Below, in pieces: positions 38,503 through 47,775 of a DNA stretch of 47,775 nucleotides. The position numbers and the translations under genes are program-made. Within the stretch, counting starts at the first letter, position 1. Every line of letters begins with the position of its first letter. This DNA comes from Actinomycetota bacterium (GTDB lineage Bacteria > Actinomycetota > Aquicultoria > UBA3085 > Oleimmundimicrobiaceae), in assembly GCA_037441605.1 (NCBI GenBank), contig JBBIRY010000003.1, positions 1 to 47,775 of the forward strand, read 5' to 3'. The notes under the pieces were generated by a model, which had not been told where the DNA came from, did no database searches, and saw only the letters and a list, made by a program, of their open reading frames with translations.

Positions 38503-41500
38503 TCAACTGGCCTTATCGTTCAATCTATCTAATCTCTGGGATATCACGCTTGATATGCCGTCGGATTGCATGGAGACGCCGTAGAGTGAATCGGCAATCT
38601 CCATAGTTCTCCTCTGGTGAGTTATTATCAAAAATTGAGTATTTCTCCTCTCGGCCTCAAGGAGAGTTAAAAAGCGGATGAGATTATTGTCATCTAGGGC
38701 AGGCTCAACCTCATCCAAGAGATAGAAAGGGCTCGGCTTGGTATGATATATGGCAAAAAGAAGGGCCAGGGCGACAAGGGATCTCTCTCCGCCGGAGAGA
38801 AGGGTTATCTTGGAAAGACGCTTGCCGACCGGATTTGCCTCAATCTCTATTCCGCAAGAGAGAAGGTCTTCATCGCCGATTAAGATAAGACTCGCCTCCC
38901 CGCCGGGAAAGAGGCGGGAGAATATCTCTTTGAAGTTCGAGTTGACCTCTTCAAAGGTGCTGTTGAAGCGATCTATCAGCTTCTCTTCGATAACCTTCGT
39001 CACTTTAAGAAGTGAACTCCGGCTTCTTTTTAGGTCGGCCATTTGATCGTTCAAAAAATTGTATCGCTCCTCAAGATTCAGGCATTCTACCGCCGCAACC
39101 TCGTTTACGGGGCCGATCTTGGCATGACTCTCTTTGAGCTTCTTCAACTTTTCTTGGAATTCCAAAAGGTTAATTCGTTTTGGGGCTGAGGCAAGAGCAT
39201 CTTTCAGTTCGATATTAAACTCATCGACTAGTCGCTTGGTGAGATCGGAAATCTTGACTTTAAGCTGACCCTTTTCTACCTCGATCAAAGAGGTCTCCTT
39301 TTCAAGCTCGACCTTTTTTACGTCTATAAGTGTCGTCTCGGCACTCAATGACTTGTATCTTTCCCTGGATTTTTTGGTGTCTACCTTCTCATTTGTGGCC
39401 AAAGAAGCTAAATTCTCATCTATCTCTTTTGCCCTTTCAAAAAGTGTGGCAAAGAGCTCATGGAGGGGTTGAATTCTAAGGCGCAGACTCTCTCTGGCTA
39501 GCACGGTCTTGTTGCCGGTTTCAAGTTCTTTTTTTAGACCGTTCAGCTCCTTATTTTGGACGACCAATTGGGCTCTCAACATTTCAAGGTTATCTTTTCG
39601 AAGAGAGGTTTGCCCCTCAGACTCCCTCGACTTGGATTTTAGTTCCGTTAGGCGCTCGATTGAGACTATCAGCTCTGACTCTCTCTCCTCTTTGATCTTG
39701 TTAAGATCGAAGGCCTCCCTCTTAAGTTCGAGCAATAGGGAGGCGAGGCTTTTTAAACGATCGTCGGAACTTTTTGACGCATCTTCGATCTCAGTTAAGC
39801 GATCGGATTCGGCTTTGAGCTCTTCTTTCCTCTTTATTGAGTGTTCCCTAATCGAGCTAAGTTTAAGCGTTGTCTCGGCAAATCTTTTTTCTATTTCTTT
39901 GAGTGCCTCTTTGGCAGTCTTTAGTTTCGCCTCTAATTCCTCTCTTTCCCTATCAAGCGCTTCAATCTTTGAGTCTTGGGCCTTAAGGCTTTCTTCGATG
40001 GAGTCTTTCCTCTTTTTGAGCCTAGCCAAATCGGTCTTGTGAACGATCGACCCAAAAGATTCGGCCTTTGCAACCCTTATAACCCCCTCTTTCTTGACGA
40101 TATCACCGCTTACGGTAACAAGATCGAACCGGTTTTTGGGGCTTAAGATGATTTTAAAGGCCTCCTCAAGATCGTTTACTATTAAAAAGCTGCCAAGGAT
40201 GCGTTTTAAGAGGGGCTTTAAGGAATCATCTATTTGCACCTTTTCCAAGGCCGAAGGATACGACTCTGGAGCTTTTGGGATTTCGATACCTTCGCCAAGG
40301 CCTAAAAGCGGGATGATGCTCGCAAAACCGGAGTTTTCGGCCTTTAGACCCAAGGCGGCTCTTTTGGCGCCGTCTAAATCTTTCGTCAAAAGGGAGTATG
40401 CCCCCTCCCCCAAAGCGGCTTCAATGGCGATCTCATAGCCCTCTTCAACCTCTAAAAGGTCGCTCAAGACGCCAAGATTCGTATCGCTTCCCTTTGAGAT
40501 GAGCCGTTTGATAGAATCCGGGTAATGGGCACCACTCTCAAGGTTGGCTGCAAGAAGACTTATCTTGCTCTGGGCGGAAAGAAGCTCTTCGTCTTGTTTT
40601 CGTTTTAAGGTGCGAGAGATCGAAATATCTTCCTCTATCTTGGAGAGTCGACTTGCAATCTCATCAACCTTGCTTTGGCCGGAGTCAAGGTTAAGAGTGA
40701 CCGATTTGAGCTCAAGTTCTAGAGCTTCAGCTTCATCGGCCAGCTTTCGGTCTACGCCTTCGGCCGAGAGGAGTCTCTCTCTTAGCATTCGCTCCTCAAC
40801 CCTCTGCGTTTCCATTTCAAGCTGCACCTCTTTGAGCTGTCTCTCTTTTTCAAGGATGATCGACTGGTTTTGAGCCAGCTCAAGTTTTATGTCGCTTAAT
40901 TCTTTTTCGAGCTTCAAAAGAGAGGCCGCAGCTTCGTCGATTAAGGAATCTTGCGCCAACCTTTCTTTCTGAACCGACTCCATCTCGCCCTTGAGCATCT
41001 CCATTTTTTGATCGATTTTTGAGGCTTCCTCTTCCTTCGACCTTATCCCGCTCTCAAGACGATATATCTGCATTCTAAGTTCGCTCATCTTCTCAATAAG
41101 ATACTTACCCTTCTCTTCGAGCAAGAGCAAACCGGAGTTTAAGCGCTCCATTATCCCTTTCAGCTCGCGGCGATGCTCACCGATATCTCCGACAAAATCG
41201 CCCTTCTCTTCGAGTTCTGCCTGTATTCTTTCCATCTCAGAGCGCTTGCTCTTGACCTCATTGCTGATCTTGATCAGATCCTCTTCGATCAGGTTTGATT
41301 TGGACGCCTTATTCTTCCATTCAGATTGGAGGTTGTAGAGTTCGAAGATTATCATCGAGCTTTCCAAGCTGCGGATCTGTTCAGAGAGTTTGGCGGCCCT
41401 TTCGGCAAGTTTGGCTTGCTCTCGCAGGGGATTTAATTGCCTCTCGACTTCTTTGGCGATATCTTTGATTCGAAGAAGGTTCTGCTCCATGCCTTGGAGT

Positions 41501-42039
41501 TTTTTGACGGCTCTCTCTTTCCTTTTGCGATGCTTGAGAACGCCCGCCACCTCTTCGATCAGGAGCCTTTTTTCGTCAGAGCGTGAGCTCAAAACCTCAT
41601 CTATCCGGCCCTGTCCGATTATGCAATGGACTTCCCGACCGAGTCCGATATCGGAGAGAAGATCTTGAATATCTATCAGCCTGACAGTTGAGCCGTTTAT
41701 GAAATAATCGCTCTGGCCCGAGCGTAACATGCGACGGGTTATTGTGACTTCAGCAAAATCGATTGCCAGATATCCGTCGCTATTGTCCAGGGTGAGGGAG
41801 ACTTCGGCCAGCCCGGAAGCGGGCTTGCTGGAGCTGCCAGAAAAAATGACATCCTCCATCATCGAGCCGCGCAGAGACCTTGGGCTTTGTTCGCCCAGAA
41901 CCCAGAGGATGGCGTCGGTAAGATTGCTCTTTCCGCTGCCGTTTGGACCAACGATTACCGTAACCCCCGTTTCAAAATCAAGGGTGGTCTTTTTTGCAAA
42001 CGATTTGAAACCCTTTATGTTTAAAGATTTTAGATACAT
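38503..42039 (-). CDS. smc: Chromosome segregation protein SMC
   Basis: GFKSF, GPNGSGKSN, coiled coils with hinge, LSGGE, LLDEVE. Confidence 0.97.
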   Translation of the reverse strand: MYLKSLNIKGFKSFAKKTTLDFETGVTVIVGPNGSGKSNLTDAILWVLGEQSPRSLRGSMMEDVIFSGSSSKPASGLAEVSLTLDNSDGYLAIDFAEVTITRRMLRSGQSDYFINGSTVRLIDIQDLLSDIGLGREVHCIIGQGRIDEVLSSRSDEKRLLIEEVAGVLKHRKRKERAVKKLQGMEQNLLRIKDIAKEVERQLNPLREQAKLAERAAKLSEQIRSLESSMIIFELYNLQSEWKNKASKSNLIEEDLIKISNEVKSKRSEMERIQAELEEKGDFVGDIGEHRRELKGIMERLNSGLLLLEEKGKYLIEKMSELRMQIYRLESGIRSKEEEASKIDQKMEMLKGEMESVQKERLAQDSLIDEAAASLLKLEKELSDIKLELAQNQSIILEKERQLKEVQLEMETQRVEERMLRERLLSAEGVDRKLADEAEALELELKSVTLNLDSGQSKVDEIASRLSKIEEDISISRTLKRKQDEELLSAQSKISLLAANLESGAHYPDSIKRLISKGSDTNLGVLSDLLEVEEGYEIAIEAALGEGAYSLLTKDLDGAKRAALGLKAENSGFASIIPLLGLGEGIEIPKAPESYPSALEKVQIDDSLKPLLKRILGSFLIVNDLEEAFKIILSPKNRFDLVTVSGDIVKKEGVIRVAKAESFGSIVHKTDLARLKKRKDSIEESLKAQDSKIEALDREREELEAKLKTAKEALKEIEKRFAETTLKLSSIREHSIKRKEELKAESDRLTEIEDASKSSDDRLKSLASLLLELKREAFDLNKIKEERESELIVSIERLTELKSKSRESEGQTSLRKDNLEMLRAQLVVQNKELNGLKKELETGNKTVLARESLRLRIQPLHELFATLFERAKEIDENLASLATNEKVDTKKSRERYKSLSAETTLIDVKKVELEKETSLIEVEKGQLKVKISDLTKRLVDEFNIELKDALASAPKRINLLEFQEKLKKLKESHAKIGPVNEVAAVECLNLEERYNFLNDQMADLKRSRSSLLKVTKVIEEKLIDRFNSTFEEVNSNFKEIFSRLFPGGEASLILIGDEDLLSCGIEIEANPVGKRLSKITLLSGGERSLVALALLFAIYHTKPSPFYLLDEVEPALDDNNLIRFLTLLEAERRNTQFLIITHQRRTMEIADSLYGVSMQSDGISSVISQRLDRLNDKAS

Positions 42040-42081
42040 AAACTTCCTTAGGGGTTAATAAGAACGGGCCTTCGCTCTCAT

Positions 42082-42783
42082 TTAAATACCTTTGGTTTTG
42101 AGCTTGTCCAAAGCGCTCTTTGCAGCTTCCTGTTCGGCGCCCTTCTTGCTCTTGCCCTTTCCGTGGGCGGTCACTTCTTTGGCCAAGCTTACCTCAACTA
42201 TAAAGTCTAGATCATGAAAAGGACCGCTCTCCTCTACCAGACGATAGTTTGGAAGCTCTTTGAAGTGCTTCATCGCGAATTCTTGAAGCTCGGTTTTAAA
42301 ATCAAGGCTCTGTAAGGCTTCGTAATTGGCATTGAGAGAGCTTTTAAATAATTCCAAAACGAAATCTTTGGTTTTGGCGAGCCCTAGGTCGAGATACAAG
42401 GCTGCGATAAGAGCTTCGAAAGCATTCTCCAAAATCGAATCGGAATCTTTAAGCCCCGAGTTCTCGGCCCCTTTGCCTAGCAACAGGTGTTCGCCAAGGT
42501 CGATCGATCTTGCCGCTTTGGCCAAGCTGGTTGAGCTGACTATGGTTGAGCGAAACTTTGCCATCTCACCCTCGTTCATTGCCGGATTTTCCGCATAGAT
42601 GGCTTCGGTTATGATGAACTCTAGAACCGAATCTCCCAAAAATTCCATTCTCTCATTGGATCGAAAAGGCGGATTCTCCGCTGCATAAGAGCTATGAGTC
42701 AACGCTTCCAAAAGAAGGGCTTTGTCATTGAACCGTAAGGAGAGGCTCTCTTCGAATCGGCTTGGGTCTCGAACGCTACGCAT
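42082..42783 (-). CDS. rnc: Ribonuclease III
   Basis: ALTHSSY, NERMEFLGDSVL, dsRBD. Confidence 0.97.
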   Translation of the reverse strand: MRSVRDPSRFEESLSLRFNDKALLLEALTHSSYAAENPPFRSNERMEFLGDSVLEFIITEAIYAENPAMNEGEMAKFRSTIVSSTSLAKAARSIDLGEHLLLGKGAENSGLKDSDSILENAFEALIAALYLDLGLAKTKDFVLELFKSSLNANYEALQSLDFKTELQEFAMKHFKELPNYRLVEESGPFHDLDFIVEVSLAKEVTAHGKGKSKKGAEQEAAKSALDKLKTKGI

Positions 42784-42793
42784 ACGAATGCGC

Positions 42794-44041
42794 CTAAGCT
42801 AAGTCTTGGGGCCTGCCAACAATTAAGCTGGCATTGTGGCCGCCAAATCCAAGCGAATTGGAGAGAGCATACGAGACCTTTTTCTTTACAGCCTTATTGG
42901 GAACATAATTTAAATCGCACTTTGGGTCGGGATTCTCGTAGTTTATGGTGGGCGGAACGATGCCTGAATCGATGGCAAGGGCGCAAGCCACAAGCTCTAT
43001 TCCGCCGGCCGCTCCAAGAGCGTGACCCGTCATCGACTTGGTTGAGCTGACCAAAAGATTGTCAGCGTGATCGGCAAATACTTCTCTTATGGCCATAGTT
43101 TCGAACTCATCGTTTAAGGCCGTAGAGGTCCCGTGTGCGTTTATGTAGTCTATGCTTTCTGGCTTAAGGCCCGCCTCTTCAAGGGCTAATCTCATCGATT
43201 TTGCCGCCCCTTCGCCGCGTGGGGCCGGGGCCGTTATGTGATATGCGTCCGCGGTCGCTCCATAACCGATAAGTTCAGAGTAGATCTTAGCTCCCCGCCT
43301 GAGCGCACCTTCAAGGGTTTCGAGTATGACTATGCCGGCTCCCTCTGCGATGACAAACCCGTCTCTTGCGGCGTCAAAGGGGCGGCTTGCCCTCTTGGGC
43401 TCGTCGTTCCTTATGGAAAGAGCCCTGGCGGAGGCAAATCCGGCAACGGCAAGTGGGGTTACGGGGGCTTCGGTTCCACCGGCTATGGCAATGTCGGCAG
43501 CTCCCCTTCGAATAGTCTCGAAGGCCTCTCCGATGGCATGACTAGCCGAAGCGCAGGCCGTAACGGGAGCAAAATTTACTCCCTTGGCGTTGAAGAAGAT
43601 GGAGATATTTCCTGCGGCGATATCCGGTATCATCATCGGCACCAAGAAGGGACTCACTTTGGAGGGTCCTTTTTCGATGAGGATGCGATTCTGGTCCTCT
43701 AAGGTTCTAAGTCCGCCGATTCCAGATCCGACTATAACGGCGGTCCGGTCTGAGATTGAATCATCGATAGTAAGATTAGCATCATCCAAAGCCAGCTTAG
43801 CAGCCGCAACCCCAAGATGTGAGAAGCGGTCCATCCTTTTAGCCTCTTTGAAGTCCATGAAATCAGCTGGATTGAAGCTTTTGACCTCACCGGCTATCTT
43901 GGAAGTATACTCGCTTGGATCGAAGAGAGTTATCGTATCTACCCCAGACTCCCCGCTCGTCAAAGCCCGCCAGAAATCGTCTTTACCGATACCGGTGGCG
44001 GCTATAGGACCAAGTCCGGTTATGACAACTCTGCGCTGCAA
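42794..44041 (-). CDS. fabF: Beta-ketoacyl-ACP synthase II
   Basis: RVVITG, TACAS, NAHGTST, KSMTGH, NSLGFGG.N. Confidence 0.97.
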   Translation of the reverse strand: MQRRVVITGLGPIAATGIGKDDFWRALTSGESGVDTITLFDPSEYTSKIAGEVKSFNPADFMDFKEAKRMDRFSHLGVAAAKLALDDANLTIDDSISDRTAVIVGSGIGGLRTLEDQNRILIEKGPSKVSPFLVPMMIPDIAAGNISIFFNAKGVNFAPVTACASASHAIGEAFETIRRGAADIAIAGGTEAPVTPLAVAGFASARALSIRNDEPKRASRPFDAARDGFVIAEGAGIVILETLEGALRRGAKIYSELIGYGATADAYHITAPAPRGEGAAKSMRLALEEAGLKPESIDYINAHGTSTALNDEFETMAIREVFADHADNLLVSSTKSMTGHALGAAGGIELVACALAIDSGIVPPTINYENPDPKCDLNYVPNKAVKKKVSYALSNSLGFGGHNASLIVGRPQDLA

Positions 44042-45009
44042 CCTTTGCCTCCCTTAAACGTCTCTTTGAATTCCTTCATCAAGCTTGCGATTATCGTTTT
44101 GACCGGAAGGATGTTAGTTATCTCGCCGACCCGCTCTCCCGAGAAGGCCAATCCTTTTTCCATATCGCCCACTTGGGCTCTCTCTAGGGCTTCGATGATG
44201 CAGTATTTTCGATTGCAGTGTTTGAGACAAACCATGCACTTTTTAATATTTTTGAAGGATGGAATCTTGCCGTCTAAGAGATCCTTAACAAACTGGGTCT
44301 TTATGGCCCGGCCGATCAGACCGACCGGACTTTCGATCAAAATCACATCCTCAGGCCCCGCATCGAGGTAAGCCTGTTTAAGCGAGTCGGCGGCCCCGCT
44401 CTCCTCGCTTGCCGCAAATCTCGTTCCTATCTGAACGCCGTCGGCCCCCATACAGATTGCCTTGGTCATATCCCGGCCGTGTAGAATGCCGCCGGCCGCA
44501 ATAACCGGAATCTTTATCGCATTTACGATGTCGGGCAGTATCGAAAAGAGGGGTTGATCCGTTCCCAGGTGTCCACCGGCCTCTTTGCCCTCAACTATCA
44601 CGGCCGAAGCCCCGAATTTCTCGGCCAACTTAGCGGCCTTGACCGAAGATGCGATGGGAACGATAGGCACATTATACTCTTGGCCGATGGCGAAGACCTC
44701 GCGCGAAAACCCCGCCCCGGCCACAATCAAGTCTATGCCTTCCTTTGCGGCTGCAAGGACCAGATCCAAAAACTCGCGCACGGCAACCATTACGTTTATG
44801 CCGATTATCCCATCACTTAAAGATCTGGCCGTTCTGATGTTCTCTATTAGTTCATCCGGGTGGATGCCGGATGCCGCTATTAGCCCTATTCCGCCTTCGT
44901 TGGCCACGGCGGCCGCAAGGCGTGCCATCGAAATCCTAACCGCCATCCCACCCTGGATTATCGGAACGCTCGGCCTGAGATTGCCGATCTTAAGCTGTGG
45001 AAACTCCAT
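44020..45009 (-). CDS. Nitronate-monooxygenase-family FMN enzyme (FabK/FabX-like) with C-terminal 4-Cys cluster
   Basis: IIQGGM, EAGGHLG, IAAGGI, GVQIGTRF, CMVCLKHCNRKYC; between acpP and fabF. Confidence 0.85.
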   Translation of the reverse strand: MEFPQLKIGNLRPSVPIIQGGMAVRISMARLAAAVANEGGIGLIAASGIHPDELIENIRTARSLSDGIIGINVMVAVREFLDLVLAAAKEGIDLIVAGAGFSREVFAIGQEYNVPIVPIASSVKAAKLAEKFGASAVIVEGKEAGGHLGTDQPLFSILPDIVNAIKIPVIAAGGILHGRDMTKAICMGADGVQIGTRFAASEESGAADSLKQAYLDAGPEDVILIESPVGLIGRAIKTQFVKDLLDGKIPSFKNIKKCMVCLKHCNRKYCIIEALERAQVGDMEKGLAFSGERVGEITNILPVKTIIASLMKEFKETFKGGKGCSAELS

Positions 45010-45040
45010 ATGAATTACTCTCCAAAAATTTATTCGACCT

Positions 45041-45262
45041 TTAAGCTTTGCTTGAGATGTAGGTTACAGCATCGCCGACGGTTAAAATCTTCTCAGCGTC
45101 TTCGTCTGAGATCTCCAAACCAAACTCTTCAAGTTCAACGATATCGAGCGAATCGGCTCCAAGATCATTTAAAAACGATACCTCCGGCTTGATGGCTGAA
45201 CCGTCGACCCCCAATTGATCGATGATGATGCTCTTGACCTTCTCAAAGACTTCTGCTGACAT
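45041..45262 (-). CDS. acpP: Acyl carrier protein (shortened helix II)
   Basis: DLGADSLD phosphopantetheine motif, [12 protein letters not shown]; GGAGG RBS. Confidence 0.92.
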   Translation of the reverse strand: MSAEVFEKVKSIIIDQLGVDGSAIKPEVSFLNDLGADSLDIVELEEFGLEISDEDAEKILTVGDAVTYISSKA

Positions 45263-45300
45263 TAAACTCCTCCTTGAATTTTTGATTTATGGATTATACC

Positions 45301-46044
45301 TTAGATTACCATTCCGCCGTCAACATTTATGACTTGGCCCGTTATGTAGGCCGATTCATCAGAAGCCAGAAAGGCGATCAGATTGGCCACATCTTCGGGA
45401 CGTCCAAATGCCCCAAGCGGTATCGATGCAATGAGCTTATCTTTCATCTCATCGGCAAGAATATCCGTCATTCTGGTCTCGATGAACCCCGGCGCAACCG
45501 CATTAACCCGAACGCCGCGAAGTGCAAACTCTCTGGCCGCCGCTTTGGTCAGACCAATTATACCAGCTTTTGACGCAGCATAATTGGCTTGGCCGATATT
45601 ACCGGTCACCCCAACGACCGAAGAGAGATTGATTATCGACCCGGACTTGGCTTTGAGCATGGCCTTGGAGGCGGCCTGGATGCAGTTGAAGGTTCCCTTG
45701 AGATTGACGGCTATTACTTGGTCGAACTCCTCCTCTTTCATCCTGATGAGTAGGCTATCTCGGGTTATGCCGGCATTGTTGACCAAGATGTCAATCTTTT
45801 CAAATTCGTTCAAAACCCGCTCGACCATCGCCTTTGTCTCCTTAAAATCGGCAACATCGGCCGCGATATGCAAAGCTCTGACACCTTTCGATGCGATCTC
45901 GTTGACCAAGTCTTCGGTATCCTTCGATGCGGAGGTGCTGTTTACGACTACGTCCGATCCAAGCTCGGCCAAGAGAATCGATGTGGCCCGGCCGATGCCT
46001 TTAGCCCCGCCGGTAACGAGAGCCACCTTTCCTTTTAGATCCAT
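45301..46044 (-). CDS. fabG: 3-oxoacyl-ACP reductase
   Basis: TGGAKGIG, NNAGITRD, YAASK, VDGGM. Confidence 0.96.
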   Translation of the reverse strand: MDLKGKVALVTGGAKGIGRATSILLAELGSDVVVNSTSASKDTEDLVNEIASKGVRALHIAADVADFKETKAMVERVLNEFEKIDILVNNAGITRDSLLIRMKEEEFDQVIAVNLKGTFNCIQAASKAMLKAKSGSIINLSSVVGVTGNIGQANYAASKAGIIGLTKAAAREFALRGVRVNAVAPGFIETRMTDILADEMKDKLIASIPLGAFGRPEDVANLIAFLASDESAYITGQVINVDGGMVI

Positions 46045-46985
46045 TAGACCTCCTTAATCGATGAGAGAGTCGCATTTAAACTCATTGGATCTTCCACATT
46101 TAGGCATTTTGCATCCGGCAGAATCTTTGATATAAGGCCGGATAGAACCCTTTTTGGACCAAGCTCGATAAAGACTGAGGCGCCTGAGCGATCCATCTCT
46201 AATACGCTCTTCACCCATTGGACCGACGACTCCATCTGTCCGCTCAAGGCTTCTTTTAAGGTTTTTGGATCGGTCGAAGCCCTTCCGGTAAGATTCGATA
46301 TGACAGGGATGGAGGCCTCTTTGAATTCGGTTCCTTCCAAAATTTGGGAGAACTTAAGGCTTGCCTTGCTCATCAAAGGTGAGTGGAAGGCGCCGCTAAC
46401 CGCAAGCTCAATGACCCGCTTGGCCCCCGCCGCTTTAAGTTCGTTTATAGCTAGCTCAAGGATGGCAGCCTCTCCTGAAATTATGGTCTGACCGGGAGAA
46501 TTATAGTTAGCTATGGCTATGACGCCCTCTTTGGAAAGGTTTGAGAGGATGGCCTCGATCCGATCGCCCGCGATTCCGATGACGGCCGCCATCTTTCCCG
46601 GATTTTCTGTTGCCGCCTTATCCATGAGGCTTGAGCGCTCCTTAAGCAGTAGCAAGGCCGACTCGAAAGTTAAAACCCCCGCCGAAAGGAGGGCATTATA
46701 CTCTCCCAAGCTGTGCCCCGCCACAAGATCCGCAGCCACGCCTTGAGCCCTTAGGGCAAGCTCACATATGCGATTGGTTAAAAAGATTGCCACTTGTGAA
46801 TTTATCGTTCTTTGAAGTTCATCTTCGGGGCCATTGATTGTGAGGTCCTTTATCTTCCTTTCTAAAATCGCTTCGGCCGTGTCAAAGAGGGCTAAGGATT
46901 CTTGGTCAGACGATATGAAGTCTTTAGCCATCCCCAAATATTGAGAGCCCTGTCCCGGAAAGACGAAGGCTACTTTCTTCTTCAA
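46044..46985 (-). CDS. fabD: Malonyl-CoA:ACP transacylase
   Basis: FPGQGSQ, GHSLGEY, VSGAFHS. Confidence 0.97.
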   Translation of the reverse strand: MKKKVAFVFPGQGSQYLGMAKDFISSDQESLALFDTAEAILERKIKDLTINGPEDELQRTINSQVAIFLTNRICELALRAQGVAADLVAGHSLGEYNALLSAGVLTFESALLLLKERSSLMDKAATENPGKMAAVIGIAGDRIEAILSNLSKEGVIAIANYNSPGQTIISGEAAILELAINELKAAGAKRVIELAVSGAFHSPLMSKASLKFSQILEGTEFKEASIPVISNLTGRASTDPKTLKEALSGQMESSVQWVKSVLEMDRSGASVFIELGPKRVLSGLISKILPDAKCLNVEDPMSLNATLSSIKEV

Positions 46986-47775
46986 GATGGGCCGCCTTTC
47001 GACTTCTTGATTTCGCCAATAAGCGCGGTTAAGACCTCAGCCGTATCACCGACTATGCCATAGGTTGCCGCTTCAAAGATGGGCGCATCGGGGTCTTTGT
47101 CGATGGCGATTATGCAATCTGTGGCCTGGATGCCGGCCACATGGTGAATGGCGCCCGAGATCCCGCAGGCGATATATAACTTTGGAGCGACGGTCTTTCC
47201 GGTCTGGCCGATCTGTTGCTGATAGGGCAGGAGCCCATCATCCACCAGCGGGCGAGTTGCTCCAATCGCGCCGTCCAAAAGTTCGGCAAGTTCTTTTGCT
47301 AGAGCAAACGTAGTTTGAGAAGATGCGCCGCGGCCGCAGCCGACGATGATATCGGCGTCCTCCAGGTTTAAGCTCTCACCTTCATCTTTTATGAATTCTA
47401 GAACCTTCACCCCAGATTTTAATCCTTTGTCCACCGTTTCGTGCATAATTCTAACTTGGTTTTTCGTTGATTTTTTCGGCAGCTTAAAGACGTTTGGACG
47501 GATCGTCGCCATCTGGGGACGTCTTTCAGAGCAGACTATCTCGGCCATGATGTTTCCGCCAAAACCGGGGCAACTGCCTAGAAGCTCTCCGCTCGCTGAG
47601 TCTAAGGCTAGCTCCAAGCAGTCCGCGGTAAGCCCTGTATTTAAGATGGCGGCAAGATAGGGCATCATTGCCCTGCCAAAGGTGGTGGCTCCGGCCAATA
47701 TCACTTCCGGTGAATACTTGGAAAAAAGACCTGCAAACAGCTTTGCAAAGATGACCTCATCAGGCTCGCCAAGAG
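46982..47775 (-). CDS. etfA: Electron transfer flavoprotein alpha subunit (EtfA/FixB), 5'-partial
   Basis: Frame open to the window end; GLTADC, RPQMAT.RP, GRG, QIGQTGKTV.P, GISGAIHH..G. Confidence 0.94.
   Translation of the reverse strand, partial: LGEPDEVIFAKLFAGLFSKYSPEVILAGATTFGRAMMPYLAAILNTGLTADCLELALDSASGELLGSCPGFGGNIMAEIVCSERRPQMATIRPNVFKLPKKSTKNQVRIMHETVDKGLKSGVKVLEFIKDEGESLNLEDADIIVGCGRGASSQTTFALAKELAELLDGAIGATRPLVDDGLLPYQQQIGQTGKTVAPKLYIACGISGAIHHVAGIQATDCIIAIDKDPDAPIFEAATYGIVGDTAEVLTALIGEIKKSKGGPS

Noticed and set aside
38750-46746. Many 60-180 aa plus-strand ORFs antisense to smc, rnc and the fab genes (and similar shadows across the window)
   Set aside because: They lie entirely opposite well-supported genes and show no recognisable motifs
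1-47775. CRISPR array, tRNA, rRNA, IS elements, defence systems
   Set aside because: I saw no spaced direct repeats, cloverleafs, rRNA-like tracts, transposases or defence domains; nearly all sequence is assigned to housekeeping genes

Overview
Core chromosome of an anaerobic bacterium spanning the replication terminus. An actinobacterial- or Firmicutes-like affiliation is inferred from gene order and the LexA box. A 28-bp dif site lies at 10429-10456: 11 of 12 genes to its left are on +, and 36 of 39 to its right are on -. Left arm: coaBC (partial)-miaA-dapF-dapL-hflX, lexA (SOS box), and an NrdR-box-controlled nrdR-nrdD-redoxin-nrdG-dut-K+ channel operon. Right arm in transcription order: etfA (partial)-fabD-fabG-acpP-FabK/FabX-like-fabF-rnc-smc-ftsY-ffh-rpsP-khpA-rimM-trmD-rplS-rnhB-yraN-yifB-dprA-xerC, metK-MTA/MTI phosphorylase, priA-def-fmt-rsmB-rpe, FMN riboswitch-ribD/E/BA/H-cupin, an ECF sigma/anti-sigma pair, and iorAB. 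I saw no rRNA, tRNA, CRISPR array, IS or prophage. Best leads: (1) an ETF subunit coupled to a fatty-acid operon that carries a Cys-rich FabX-like flavoprotein; (2) two gene relics absent from the ORF track, an internally deleted FliA/WhiG sigma and a Liv-type binding protein cut off beside dif; (3) an ACP missing about 5 residues of helix II; (4) a probable inversion spanning dif. All product calls come from recognising motifs by eye; no database search was run.
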